64,000 nucleotides of DNA from Chitinophaga pinensis (GTDB lineage: Bacteria; Bacteroidota; Bacteroidia; NS11-12g; UBA9320). A program made the translations under genes and the position numbers. Numbering within the stretch: the first letter of the stretch is position 1; the number at the start of each line of letters is the position of its first letter. The stretch is taken from assembly GCA_945907065.1 (NCBI GenBank), contig CAMDSC010000002.1, positions 96,803 through 160,802 on the forward strand, read 5' to 3'. Below the pieces are notes generated by a model, which was given only the letters and a program-made list of their open reading frames with translations, searched no databases and was not told where the DNA came from. Positions 7,844-17,519 of this stretch are shown here, one piece after another.

Positions 7844-10096
7844 ATGAAAAAAAATCTACTTCTTCCATCCATTTTTGTTCTTCTATGTGTTCACTTTAGT
7901 AATTTTTCACTCGGGCAAGGAACCCCTGAAGTATTATACTACAAGTTTAACAATTCAGGTTCATCTGTTCCTAATTTAGCCAGCTCGCCTCCATCGGGCA
8001 CCTCTACCGGAACAGTAAATGGAGCTCTCAGCATTGGCGGCTCAGTTGCATGCGGAAGTACAGCATTGATTGGCTCAGGTGGAACAAGCAATACCGATTA
8101 TTTCGATACTAAATGGGCGACAGCTACTTCAGGATCATGGACAATATCCTTTGTTACCGATAGTATTTTAAATACTACTACCCTATATTATTTATTTAGT
8201 GATATTACGGCTGGCTCATTAAGATGTTTTACAGGTGGTGTAGCAGGTGCTGGAAATTGGATTCTTCGGGGAGGTTTTAATGATGTATTAATAACCGGAG
8301 GAGCTTCAACAAGTGCTGCGGTAAACACATTTGTATATGATGCGGCTGCAAATAATATTTATGCCTATTTAAATGGAAAATTGGTTAATACTGTGGCCCA
8401 AACTAGTTTCACGCAAAGTAGCACTGGTACATTAATTTTATCTGGTTATAATTCTTTGGCCGGATTAACCCCTCGGGGTAAATTGGACGAGTTCAGATTT
8501 TATAGCCATGCATTAACAGCTAAAGAAGTTGCCAGATTAATGTATACAGGAAAATCTAGTGGAACGGTAAACCTTGTGGCTTGTGGTACAACCTTTAAAA
8601 GCCCAAGTGGAAGATTTACCTGGACAAAAAACGGAACCTATTATGATACTATTCCAAATGCTGTGAGTTGCGATAGTTTTATGACTATAAACCTGAGTTT
8701 CAAAAGTCATTCTTATGCCACCATCAACCCTACTGCGTGTGATTATCTTGTTAGCCCAAGCAAAAGTTTTTTATGGACAAAAACCGGAACATATACCGAT
8801 AAATTAAGAAATAAGGCTGGATGCGATAGTATTATTACCGTGAATTTAACTATTAAAAACAGTACAAACTCCTTACTTAAATTAAACAAATGCACTAGTT
8901 ACACAAGCCCAAGCGGAAAATACACTTGGACCACTTCAGGAAAATATTACGATACCATTCCCAACAAAAAAGGATGTGATAGTTTAATGACTATAACACT
9001 TACAATGGGCAAAACCACTACCAATTCGATATCGGTAAAAGCTTGTGATAAATATACAAGTCCGAGTGGAAAAAGAACCTGGACTAATACAGGAACTTAT
9101 AAAGATACAATAATTAATAGCACCGGCTGCGATAGTATTTTAACCATTAGTTTAACTCTAGGTAAAAACACAGCAAGCACAATTATATCAAAGGCTTGTG
9201 ATAAATATAAAAGTGTGAGTGGAAAATACACTTGGCTTACCTCGGGAACATATATGGACACTATTCCAAATAAAAAAGGATGCGACAGCATAATAACGAT
9301 AAAACTAACAGTTAACAAAAGTACTTACGTACAAATTAGTCCTGTTACCTGCGGTAAATATACAAGCCCAAGCGGAAAATATACTTACACATTTTCAAAC
9401 TCATTTTTTGACACTATACCTAATGCCAAAGGATGCGACAGTATTATTTTAATTGATGTAAAGGTTAATCCCAAAACTTCGGCTACAATATCCCGAACCG
9501 TGTGCAAACAATTTGTGAGTCCAAGCAAAAAACATGTTTGGACCATTTCGGGTAAATACTATGATACCATTCCCAATCGCAGAGGATGCGATAGTGTAAT
9601 TACAATTAATCTTACAATTAATAATGCAACTGTAGCTGTTACACAAAAAGGCCCGAGGTTAAAGGCATTGGCCGATGGATTGTTTTATCAATGGTTAAAT
9701 TGTAGTGCTAATTATCAAAAGATATCAGGAGCTACTAATCAAGAATATTTAGCTACAGCTTTGGGTAAATATGCCGTTGAAGTAACCGAAGGAACTTGCG
9801 TTGATACCTCAGTTTGCCTTGATGTAACAAATTTGCAAATTGATAAAAACAGCTATAATAATTCTCTTTTTGTTTTCCCAAATCCTGCTAACGGCCAGTT
9901 TACTATTTCATCAGTCAAACCCTTAAATAATGCTTCAATAAAAGTGATAAACGCTTTGGGTGAAACCATACTACAAAAAAACAACGTATTTGGGAACTCA
10001 GTATTTATTGATATTTCAAGCCATAGCAATGGAATATATTTTATTGAAATTGGCGAAAAAGAAAATTCAGGAAGAGTTAAATTGATTAAATACTAA
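7844..10096 (+). CDS. T9SS cargo protein with an N-terminal lectin/LamG-like region, seven tandem ~45-aa two-Cys repeats, and a Por C-terminal sorting domain.
   Basis: Signal peptide present. The repeat consensus is C-x-(K/Q)-Y-T-S-P-S-G-K-Y-T-W-T-x-S-G-x-Y-x-D-T-I-P-N-x-K-G-C-D-S-x-I-T-I-x-L-T, seen seven times between ~8560 and 9610. The C-terminus (FPNPANGQFTIS...GIYFIEIGEKENSGRVKLIKY) is a typical T9SS CTD. Confidence 0.65.
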   Translation: MKKNLLLPSIFVLLCVHFSNFSLGQGTPEVLYYKFNNSGSSVPNLASSPPSGTSTGTVNGALSIGGSVACGSTALIGSGGTSNTDYFDTKWATATSGSWTISFVTDSILNTTTLYYLFSDITAGSLRCFTGGVAGAGNWILRGGFNDVLITGGASTSAAVNTFVYDAAANNIYAYLNGKLVNTVAQTSFTQSSTGTLILSGYNSLAGLTPRGKLDEFRFYSHALTAKEVARLMYTGKSSGTVNLVACGTTFKSPSGRFTWTKNGTYYDTIPNAVSCDSFMTINLSFKSHSYATINPTACDYLVSPSKSFLWTKTGTYTDKLRNKAGCDSIITVNLTIKNSTNSLLKLNKCTSYTSPSGKYTWTTSGKYYDTIPNKKGCDSLMTITLTMGKTTTNSISVKACDKYTSPSGKRTWTNTGTYKDTIINSTGCDSILTISLTLGKNTASTIISKACDKYKSVSGKYTWLTSGTYMDTIPNKKGCDSIITIKLTVNKSTYVQISPVTCGKYTSPSGKYTYTFSNSFFDTIPNAKGCDSIILIDVKVNPKTSATISRTVCKQFVSPSKKHVWTISGKYYDTIPNRRGCDSVITINLTINNATVAVTQKGPRLKALADGLFYQWLNCSANYQKISGATNQEYLATALGKYAVEVTEGTCVDTSVCLDVTNLQIDKNSYNNSLFVFPNPANGQFTISSVKPLNNASIKVINALGETILQKNNVFGNSVFIDISSHSNGIYFIEIGEKENSGRVKLIKY

Positions 10097-10112
10097 ATAT
10101 TTTAAAAAAAAA

Positions 10113-10156
10113 ATAAAAGCGAACATTTGACTAAACTCTTTTGATCGCTTTTTTAT
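10113..10156 (+). terminator. Putative intrinsic terminator downstream of the T9SS cargo gene.
   Basis: AAAAGCGA ... TCGCTTTTTT inverted repeat with a ~22-nt loop, followed by a T-run. Confidence 0.35.
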
Positions 10157-10220
10157 TTACCTTTTGCTTAAATTGCTTGAAACCCACAAGGATTAATCCT
10201 ACTTTTACCATCTGATTTCT

Positions 10221-13046
10221 ATGGAAAAAAAATTATTTTTATTGGATGGTATGGCCCTTATTTACAGGGCATACTTTGCATTTAACCAAAATCCTAGGCT
10301 TACAAGCAATGGGGTAAATACTTCAGCAGCATTTGGATTTACCAATACCTTACTTGATATTTTACGTAAAGAAAAACCTACCCATATAGGGATAAGTTTT
10401 GATACTGCCGCACCAACGGAACGACATATAGAATTTGAAGCTTACAAAGCCCACCGCGAGGCTATGCCAGAGGATTTACGCTCTAATATTCCATTTATTT
10501 TTAAAATTATTGATGCTTTTAATATCCCCATGTTTAATATGGATGGATATGAAGCCGATGATGTAATAGGCACTTTGGCAAAAAAAGCAGGGCAAAAAGG
10601 ATTTAAAACCTATATGATGACCCCTGATAAAGACTTTGGCCAATTGGTGGATGAAAATATTTTTATGTATAAACCCCCTCGCATGGGCAATACGTTTGAA
10701 GTATTGGGAGTAAAAGAAATATTATATAAATGGGAAATAGAACGGGTGGAACAAGTTATTGATATTCTTGGATTGTGGGGTGATGCTGCTGATAATATTC
10801 CGGGTGTACCGGGGGTTGGTGAAAAAACGGCTAAAAAACTGATTCAGGATTATGATTCCATTGAAAACCTTTTACAAAACACCCATATGTTTAAGGGCAA
10901 GTTGCAGGAAAACCTTATAAATTTTAGTGAACAGGCCTTGCTATCTAAGCGACTGGCAACCATTAATACCAATGTTCCCCTTGAGTTTGACGAAGTAGCC
11001 TTGCGTAAAGAAGACCCTGATGCGGAAAAAATAAAGGCTATTTTTACTGAACTGGAATTTAAAACACTGGCCCAACGCGTTTTAGGAACGCCGGTAACTC
11101 AAACTGTGGCTGCTGCTGCATCCTCAACCAAAGTAGACAAAGCTACTGCCAACGGTCAAGTGGATATGTTTGCCATACCATCCCATACCGCTGAAATATT
11201 GGCCAATGAAATTGAAGCTTCCAATGAAATTTTTAAAACAATTAACGATACAAAACATACCTATCATTTAGCTACTTCAGAATCTGAGATTAAAGAATTG
11301 TTAGCCGAATTTGATAAACACAAACAGTTTTGTTTTGATACCGAAACTACCGGTTTAGATGTTTTGGTAGCCGAAATTGTTGGTCTTTCCGTTTCTTTTA
11401 AAAAACAGGAAGCCTGGTATGTTCCTTTTTCAGCAAATCGCAAAGAAGCACAGGAATTATTGAACCGCTTTAAACCTTACTTTGAAAATGAAAGCATTGA
11501 AAAAACGGGACAAAACATAAAATACGACCTTTCCATACTTGCCAATTATGGAATTGAACTGAAAGGGAAATTATTTGATACCATGCTGGCCCATTATCTA
11601 TTGGAGCCCGACCAAAAACATGGAATGGATATTTTATCCGAAAAATATTTGGGTTACAAACCCGTTTCCATTACCGAACTAATTGGTAAAAAAGGAAAAG
11701 AACAACTTAACTTTCGTGAAGTAGACATTGAAAAAGCAAAGGAATATGCTGCCGAAGATGCGGATATTACCTGGCAATTGGGCGAAGTTTTTAAGCCCAT
11801 GCTTAAAGCCGAGCATACCGAAAAAGTTTTAACCGATATAGAAATGCCACTTGTTCCGGTTCTTGCAAGCATGGAACACGAAGGAGTAAAAATTGACAAC
11901 TCGGCTTTAAAAGAGCTTTCCACCCAATTACTAAACGATTCGCTTGAAATAGAAAAGGAAATTTATGAACTGGCCGGGGTTAAATTTAACATTGCCAGCC
12001 CCAAGCAATTAGGCGAAATTCTTTTTGATAATTTAAAACTTGACCCAAAAGCTAAAAAAACCAAAACAGGTCAATACCAAACCGGTGAAGAGGTTTTGAG
12101 TACCATGGTTCATTTGCATCCTTTACCGCAAAAAGTTTTAGATTTTCGTCAATTGCAAAAACTTAAATCTACCTATGTGGATGCATTGCCATTATTGATT
12201 CACCCTTTAACAGGGCGGGTTCACACATCCTACAATCAGGCGGTGGCAGCCACCGGACGATTGAGCAGCAACAATCCAAACCTTCAAAATATCCCGATAC
12301 GAACCGAAAAAGGAAAAGAAATTCGTAAAGCATTTATACCGCGGGATGAAAACCATATTTTGCTAAGTGCCGATTATTCGCAAATTGAATTACGGATTAT
12401 TGCTTCTATAAGCAAAGACCCCGGAATGATTGAGGCTTTTAATCAGGGCATCGATATTCACACGGCCACAGCTTCCAAAGTTTGGAATGTGCCAATAGAC
12501 CAAGTGGACAACGACATGCGACGAAAAGCAAAGACCGTAAATTTTGGAATTATTTATGGTATTTCAGCTTTTGGGCTTTCACAGCGGGTAGGAATAAGCC
12601 GTGGCGAAGCCAAAGAAATAATTGATAATTACTTTGAAAAATTTATTGGCATAAAGCAATACATGAGCGATACCATTAATTTTTGCCGCGAGCATGGGTA
12701 TGTGCAAACCCTTGCCGGCCGCCGCCGTTACATTCGCGATATTACCAGCAACAACCGCACGGTAGTTGGCTTTGCCGAGCGAAATGCCATTAATGCCCCC
12801 ATACAGGGAAGCGCTGCCGATATGATAAAACTGGCCATGATTGAAGTTGACAAAAAATTGAGAGAACATAAATTTGAAACCAAAATGATACTTCAGGTGC
12901 ATGACGAATTGGTATTTGACGTGCCAAAAAATGAATTGGCCGAAGTAACTCCGGTAATTATTAAAGCCATGGAAAATGCTATGAAACTGGAAGTGCCGGT
13001 AGTCGTAGAATCAGGAAACGGGATGAATTGGTTGGAGGCGCATTAG
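10221..13046 (+). CDS. polA: DNA polymerase I
   Basis: 5'-3' exonuclease N-terminus (LFLLDGMALIYRAYFAF). Polymerase motifs RRxYIRDITSNN and QVHDELVFD. Length 941 aa. Confidence 0.95.
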   Translation: MEKKLFLLDGMALIYRAYFAFNQNPRLTSNGVNTSAAFGFTNTLLDILRKEKPTHIGISFDTAAPTERHIEFEAYKAHREAMPEDLRSNIPFIFKIIDAFNIPMFNMDGYEADDVIGTLAKKAGQKGFKTYMMTPDKDFGQLVDENIFMYKPPRMGNTFEVLGVKEILYKWEIERVEQVIDILGLWGDAADNIPGVPGVGEKTAKKLIQDYDSIENLLQNTHMFKGKLQENLINFSEQALLSKRLATINTNVPLEFDEVALRKEDPDAEKIKAIFTELEFKTLAQRVLGTPVTQTVAAAASSTKVDKATANGQVDMFAIPSHTAEILANEIEASNEIFKTINDTKHTYHLATSESEIKELLAEFDKHKQFCFDTETTGLDVLVAEIVGLSVSFKKQEAWYVPFSANRKEAQELLNRFKPYFENESIEKTGQNIKYDLSILANYGIELKGKLFDTMLAHYLLEPDQKHGMDILSEKYLGYKPVSITELIGKKGKEQLNFREVDIEKAKEYAAEDADITWQLGEVFKPMLKAEHTEKVLTDIEMPLVPVLASMEHEGVKIDNSALKELSTQLLNDSLEIEKEIYELAGVKFNIASPKQLGEILFDNLKLDPKAKKTKTGQYQTGEEVLSTMVHLHPLPQKVLDFRQLQKLKSTYVDALPLLIHPLTGRVHTSYNQAVAATGRLSSNNPNLQNIPIRTEKGKEIRKAFIPRDENHILLSADYSQIELRIIASISKDPGMIEAFNQGIDIHTATASKVWNVPIDQVDNDMRRKAKTVNFGIIYGISAFGLSQRVGISRGEAKEIIDNYFEKFIGIKQYMSDTINFCREHGYVQTLAGRRRYIRDITSNNRTVVGFAERNAINAPIQGSAADMIKLAMIEVDKKLREHKFETKMILQVHDELVFDVPKNELAEVTPVIIKAMENAMKLEVPVVVESGNGMNWLEAH

Positions 13047-13075
13047 GAATGCCAAAGACATTTAAGGATAATTAT

Positions 13076-13639
13076 CTACCCTTTCACCTTCAAATTATTA
13101 AAAACCCCATTGGTTATATTTACTGAATCCATGCGAATGGCATTGTTAGGGTCAGTATAATCCAACAAAAGAGCTTTGGCCGAAAAAGTGCCCGACATTG
13201 TATTGGCAGTATTTTTTGTCACATTAATAGTTCCACCTTCCAAGTACCATTTTTTGTCATCGGCATCTATATAAAATCCTATGCCGGTGTATTGGTCGTT
13301 TTCAATACTGAACACTTTACCTGAAGCAACTACTCCTTTGGGCATTGGGATAGCTATATCCAAATTAAATTTACCAGATTTGGCAAATCCTGTAAAGTAA
13401 GTTTTGCCACCATAATCTGCCTGAACTTTTGAAAATTCGATTTTTTGGCCATTAAAATAAAGGCTAAAATCAGGATTGGTATTTAAGCCGGTTACATTAT
13501 TTCCTCCACCACCACCGTTGTTGGTAGTGTCTTTTGGTGTAACGATTGGATTTACAGGGTCATCGCCACCTTGGCTGCAAGATGCAAATGAAAAAGCCAT
13601 TAAAAAGGCTGCGAATAGGTTGTTTATTTTTCTTATCAT
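13076..13639 (-). CDS. Hypothetical lipoprotein
   Basis: Signal peptide and lipobox ...FSFASC. The post-Cys SQGGDD is acidic, which may be a surface-export signal. A Gly/Asn-rich linker follows. Confidence 0.5.
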   Translation of the reverse strand: MIRKINNLFAAFLMAFSFASCSQGGDDPVNPIVTPKDTTNNGGGGGNNVTGLNTNPDFSLYFNGQKIEFSKVQADYGGKTYFTGFAKSGKFNLDIAIPMPKGVVASGKVFSIENDQYTGIGFYIDADDKKWYLEGGTINVTKNTANTMSGTFSAKALLLDYTDPNNAIRMDSVNITNGVFNNLKVKG

Positions 13640-13702
13640 AAAAAGTGAACGGCGAAAATAAAACTATTTTGGTACTCTCAAAAATGAATTAAGTTTGCAA
13701 TT

Positions 13703-14446
13703 GTGGGTAACCTTTATTTTGCATCCGATTTTCATTTGGGTATTCCTAATGCACAGGAAAGTTTAATTCGTGAACGAAAATTAGTGGCGTGGCTTGAATC
13801 CATTGCCCCCAATGCCGATGAACTATTTTTGGTTGGTGATGTTTTTGACTTTTGGTTTGAATACAAATATGTGGTACCCAAAGGCTACACCCGTCTGTTT
13901 GGTTGCCTAGCCAAATTAGCGGATAGCGGAATAAAACTCCATTTTTTTAAAGGCAATCACGATATGTGGATGTTTGGGTACTTTGAACAGGAATTTGGTG
14001 CTATCATTCATAGTGATGAATATATTTTTGAACGAGATGGTAAGAAATTTTTTATACATCATGGCGACGGACTTGGCAAAGGCGATGAAAATTATAAAAT
14101 GTTGAAAAAAATATTCAGAAGTGATCTGTGCCAACGCACGTTTGCTTTTCTTCATCCTTCGATAGGTATTGGAATAGCCAATTATTTTTCCTCCAAAAGC
14201 CGCTTGGCGCAAATGCAATTTGAAAATGAGGAGATTGATATAGAGAAAGAATGGTTGGTGCAATATTGCAAAGAGGTGTTGCAAACTAATCATTACGATT
14301 ATATGATTTTTGGACATCGCCATTTAGCTTTGGATGTACCGATGGGTAATACTTCACGTTATATAAATCTGGGGGATTGGTTTAAGTTTTATACCTATGC
14401 CGAGTTTAATGGAACGGATGTTGCTTTGTTAAAATACAATCCATGA
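13703..14446 (+). CDS. lpxH: UDP-2,3-diacylglucosamine hydrolase-like metallophosphoesterase
   Basis: GTG start. Calcineurin-like motifs YFASDFHLG ... GDVFD ... GNHDMW, and LpxH-like length (247 aa). Confidence 0.7.
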   Translation: MGNLYFASDFHLGIPNAQESLIRERKLVAWLESIAPNADELFLVGDVFDFWFEYKYVVPKGYTRLFGCLAKLADSGIKLHFFKGNHDMWMFGYFEQEFGAIIHSDEYIFERDGKKFFIHHGDGLGKGDENYKMLKKIFRSDLCQRTFAFLHPSIGIGIANYFSSKSRLAQMQFENEEIDIEKEWLVQYCKEVLQTNHYDYMIFGHRHLALDVPMGNTSRYINLGDWFKFYTYAEFNGTDVALLKYNP

Positions 14447-15330
14447 TAACCTTAGCCACCAAAACACAGGAACACAAAAGAATCACGAAGTACATTGTGA
14501 AACTTAGTGACTTTATGCTTTCGTGGCAAAAACTTTTAATCCTTTTAATTCTTTTTTGCTCATTCAATCTCAAACCTGAATTTAGTTTAGAAGCGGAAAT
14601 AAAAGGTCAGTTTAAATTCTTTACCACCGATAAATTGGGAAACGTATTTGTGTTAACCCTAAAAAATGATATTCAAAAATTTGATAAAAAAGGAAAGAAA
14701 TTAACCGAAGCAAATTTTAAGGTAATGGGCGATGCCACAATGATAGATGCAGGAAATCCTTTAGAAATTTATGTTTTTTATAAAGACCAAAACAAGCTGG
14801 TGTATTTTGATAATATACTAAACTACCGTGGCGAAACCGACCTTTATAAAACTCTTGGCGTAAATAATATCCAAGCCGTTTGCCGCAGTTACGACAATGG
14901 CTTTTGGTTTTTTGACCCCGATAATTTTAAACTTAAAAAAGCTGACAAGCAAGGTGACTTACAATCCGAATCCATTAACTTAGCCAATATTGCCGACACC
15001 ATTTTATCCCCTCAAATGCTTTTGGACGACGGAAAATTTGTTTACCTCAAAACCAATAACGACCGCTTATTGGTATTTGATATTTTAGGAAATTATATCA
15101 AAACCATTCCTTTAGAAAAATTCACATCGTTTCAAACTAAAGAAGAAAAACTTATTTATTCTACCTTCTCTGATTTGTTCATTTACAATCCTTCTACTTT
15201 TGAAAAAGATTCCTATAAACTGAATCAAAATACCCTTTTCAACAACGCGTCTTTTTTAAACATTCGATTAGAAAATGACCGCTTGTATCTTCAGGATTCA
15301 GCCAAGATTGGGGTATATTCAGCCCCCTAA
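14443..15330 (+). CDS. Hypothetical protein, possibly secreted if it starts at Met 14515.
   Basis: ATGA overlap with the upstream gene. The internal MLSWQKLLILLILFCSF looks like a signal peptide. No recognisable motif. Confidence 0.45.
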   Translation: MITLATKTQEHKRITKYIVKLSDFMLSWQKLLILLILFCSFNLKPEFSLEAEIKGQFKFFTTDKLGNVFVLTLKNDIQKFDKKGKKLTEANFKVMGDATMIDAGNPLEIYVFYKDQNKLVYFDNILNYRGETDLYKTLGVNNIQAVCRSYDNGFWFFDPDNFKLKKADKQGDLQSESINLANIADTILSPQMLLDDGKFVYLKTNNDRLLVFDILGNYIKTIPLEKFTSFQTKEEKLIYSTFSDLFIYNPSTFEKDSYKLNQNTLFNNASFLNIRLENDRLYLQDSAKIGVYSAP

Positions 15331-15341
15331 CCCCCAAAGGG
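15322..15341. repeat. Left copy of a 20-bp GC-rich inverted-repeat pair (GCCCCCTAACCCCCAAAGGG). It overlaps the stop codon of the upstream gene.
   Basis: The reverse complement of 15881-15900 matches this copy at 19 of 20 positions. Each copy also contains a CCCC-AAA-GGGG mini hairpin. Confidence 0.5.
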
Positions 15342-15355
15342 GAAATCAAAAAACA

Positions 15356-15829
15356 CTATTTTCCACATTTTTTTTCAATAAAACAAAACTGCTCTTTATC
15401 CCATCTCTTTTTAGATGTTGCCTTTTTATGCCTGTTTAAATAATACAAACTCTTAGGGCAGTTATTCAAAAAATTATAATCTAAAGATAACATCCAAAGT
15501 GCTACTGAATATTTCGGTTTATGATTAATAGCTTTTTCTAAAGTTTGAATGCTTTTTCTTAAACGGTTGGTATCATTGGTAAACGCATACTGAATATAAT
15601 AGGCATAACCCAAGTCATAATAATACTGCTGAATATTTTTCTTTAATAAATTGGTATCAAAAGCTTCAAGTTTTATCACAGTTCGATTAACCAATTCTTT
15701 ATCCTGCTTCCCACAGGTTAATGAAGTCAAACTATCTCGTATTTCATTATAATCAATATTTTGAGCGCTAGACTTCTTGTGAAGTAGAATAAAAATAAGT
15801 GCTAAAAATACTACTTTTAATAGATTCAT
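15356..15829 (-). CDS. Hypothetical small secreted protein. It is the only gene enclosed by the 20-bp inverted-repeat pair.
   Basis: 157 aa; signal peptide MNLLKVVFLALIFILLHKKSSAQ; no recognisable motif. Confidence 0.45.
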   Translation of the reverse strand: MNLLKVVFLALIFILLHKKSSAQNIDYNEIRDSLTSLTCGKQDKELVNRTVIKLEAFDTNLLKKNIQQYYYDLGYAYYIQYAFTNDTNRLRKSIQTLEKAINHKPKYSVALWMLSLDYNFLNNCPKSLYYLNRHKKATSKKRWDKEQFCFIEKKCGK

Positions 15830-15880
15830 TCAGCTACGAAAATAAGACTTTCAAGATTCATATAAGTTTGTTTAGTTCAC

Positions 15881-15900
15881 CCTTTGGGGGTTAGAGGGCT
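15881..15900. repeat. Right copy of the 20-bp inverted-repeat pair (CCCTTTGGGGGTTAGAGGGC).
   Basis: Reverse complement of 15322-15341 with one mismatch. Related to GGGGGTAGGGGG downstream of groEL. Confidence 0.5.
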
Positions 15901-15904
15901 TTTA

Positions 15905-15914
15905 ATATATCTTT
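15905..15914 (+). promoter_or_regulatory. Candidate Bacteroidota sigma-A -7 element (TAnnTTTG) upstream of prfA.
   Basis: TATCTTTG lies ~10 bp upstream of the likely prfA ATG at 15923. Confidence 0.3.
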
Positions 15915-15922
15915 GCAGCCTT

Positions 15923-16996
15923 ATGCTGGATAAGCTGGAAGCCATACACGCCCGATTTAAAGAAGTAGAACTGCTGCTAAGTAGTGCCGATACGATGTCG
16001 GACATGCAAAAATTTAAACAACTGAATAAAGAATACGTTGACCTAAAAGAGGTGGACGAAGTATATCAGGAATACCGCGTTTTAGTAAAAAATCTTGCCG
16101 AAGCCAAACACATTCTCAATACCGAAAAGGATGATGAATTAAAGGATATGGCCAAAATGGAAATTGAGGAATTAACAGCCCGACAGGAAGTATTAGAAAA
16201 AAATACCCGAGCCATGTTACTTCCCAAAGATCCTGAAGATGCAAAAAATGCCATCTTAGAAATAAGAGGCGGAACAGGCGGCGATGAAGCCAGTATTTTT
16301 GCTGGTGACCTTTTAAGAATGTATCTTAAATATTTTGAAAAGAAAGGCTGGCAAAGTGCCATACTGGATGAAAATGAAGGTTCTGCCGGTGGATATAAAG
16401 AAGTTGTGGTGGAAGTAAATGGAAGAGATGTTTATGGAACCATGAAATTTGAAAGTGGGGTGCATCGTGTGCAACGTGTTCCCGAAACCGAAGCCAGTGG
16501 ACGGGTTCACACATCTGCTGCAACAGTTGCCGTTTTACCAGAAGCAGAGGAAGTTGACTTTTTCTTAAACCCTGCAGATGTAAAAATGGAAACCTCGCGA
16601 AGTGGAGGAGCAGGTGGACAAAATGTAAATAAAGTTGAAACCAAAGTTCAACTTACACATGGGCCTACCGGTGTTGTGGTAATTTGCCAAACAGAACGAA
16701 CGCAGTTAAAAAACCGGGAAAAAGCGATGAACATGTTGCGGTCAAAATTATATGAAGAGGAAGTAAGAAAGCACGAAGCGGCCATTGCAGGAAAACGAAA
16801 AACCATGGTGAGTACCGGCGACAGAAGTGCTAAAATAAGAACCTACAATTACCCTCAAGGCCGGGTAACAGACCACAGAATTGGGTTGACGCTTTATAAT
16901 TTGCCCGAAGTAATGAATGGCGACATTCAGGAAATTATAGAACAACTTCAATTGGCTGAAAATGCTGAAAGAATGAAAGAAGGAGGAATGGCTTAA
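15923..16996 (+). CDS. prfA: Peptide chain release factor 1
   Basis: RF1 motifs [22 protein letters not shown] and [20 protein letters not shown] (GGQ). Met at 15923 ([12 protein letters not shown]) fits an RF1 N-terminus. The ORF track starts earlier, at 15884. Confidence 0.9.
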   Translation: MLDKLEAIHARFKEVELLLSSADTMSDMQKFKQLNKEYVDLKEVDEVYQEYRVLVKNLAEAKHILNTEKDDELKDMAKMEIEELTARQEVLEKNTRAMLLPKDPEDAKNAILEIRGGTGGDEASIFAGDLLRMYLKYFEKKGWQSAILDENEGSAGGYKEVVVEVNGRDVYGTMKFESGVHRVQRVPETEASGRVHTSAATVAVLPEAEEVDFFLNPADVKMETSRSGGAGGQNVNKVETKVQLTHGPTGVVVICQTERTQLKNREKAMNMLRSKLYEEEVRKHEAAIAGKRKTMVSTGDRSAKIRTYNYPQGRVTDHRIGLTLYNLPEVMNGDIQEIIEQLQLAENAERMKEGGMA

Positions 16997-17002
16997 TTTA
17001 TA

Positions 17003-17020
17003 AGTTAAAAACTAAAAGTT
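17003..17020. repeat. Copy of the dispersed 17-18-bp motif AGTTAAAAACTAAAAGT, immediately after the prfA stop.
   Basis: Identical 17-mer at 22212-22228. Reverse-complement copies at 22244-22260 and 39955-39971. Confidence 0.5.
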
Positions 17021-17466
17021 TGAAAAATATTGTACCTATATTAATTCTACTTCTCATCAGCTGTCAAACTATTAATAAAAAAAATATGACAAAATCTATC
17101 ATCACTACACCAAATGCTCCTGTTCCTATTGGACCATATAACCAAGCCGTATTGAGCGGAAACACTTTATATATTTCCGGAGCTATTGCCATTGAAGTAT
17201 CAAGCGGCCAAATGATTCAAACCAATATTGAAGCTGAAACTCATCAGGTGATGAAAAATCTTGGCGAAATATTGAATGCCGCCAATATGGATTACTCAAA
17301 CATTGTAAAATCTAGCATTTTTGTAACCGACCTTGGAAATTTTGCAAAAATAAATGCGGTATATGGCAGTTACTTTAAAACCGATTTCCCGGCTCGTGAA
17401 ACCGTTCAGGTTTCAGCATTGCCCAAAGCTGCAAATGTTGAAATATCTGTGATTGCTGTAAAATAA
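17020..17466 (+). CDS. ridA: RidA/YjgF-family reactive-intermediate deaminase
   Basis: Core PIGPYNQAV...GNTLYISG...ARETVQVSALPKAANVEI. A hydrophobic N-terminal extension (MKNIVPILILLLISC) may be a lipoprotein signal. An alternative start is Met at 17086. Confidence 0.8.
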   Translation: MKNIVPILILLLISCQTINKKNMTKSIITTPNAPVPIGPYNQAVLSGNTLYISGAIAIEVSSGQMIQTNIEAETHQVMKNLGEILNAANMDYSNIVKSSIFVTDLGNFAKINAVYGSYFKTDFPARETVQVSALPKAANVEISVIAVK

Positions 17467-17492
17467 AAAACGGGGTTTCCCCCGTTTCAAAT
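17465..17492. terminator. Bidirectional intrinsic terminator between convergent ridA and the OMP gene.
   Basis: A-run, then ACGGGG-TTTC-CCCCGT hairpin, then T-rich tail (aaaataaaaaACGGGGtttcCCCCGTttcaa). Confidence 0.6.
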
Positions 17493-17519
17493 TATATTAA
17501 ATATTTAAGGATTACTTAC

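Noticed and set aside
8560-9610. Considered whether the periodic structure in the T9SS cargo gene is a CRISPR-like or DNA-level tandem repeat array.
   Set aside because: The periodicity is at the protein level (~135 nt) with diverged nucleotide sequence. There are no short exact direct repeats with unique spacers.
13476-13661. 61-aa plus-strand ORF with a poly-Pro stretch.
   Set aside because: It is antisense to the Gly-rich linker (GGGGGNN) of the lipoprotein gene. The Pro run is simply the complement of the Gly codons.
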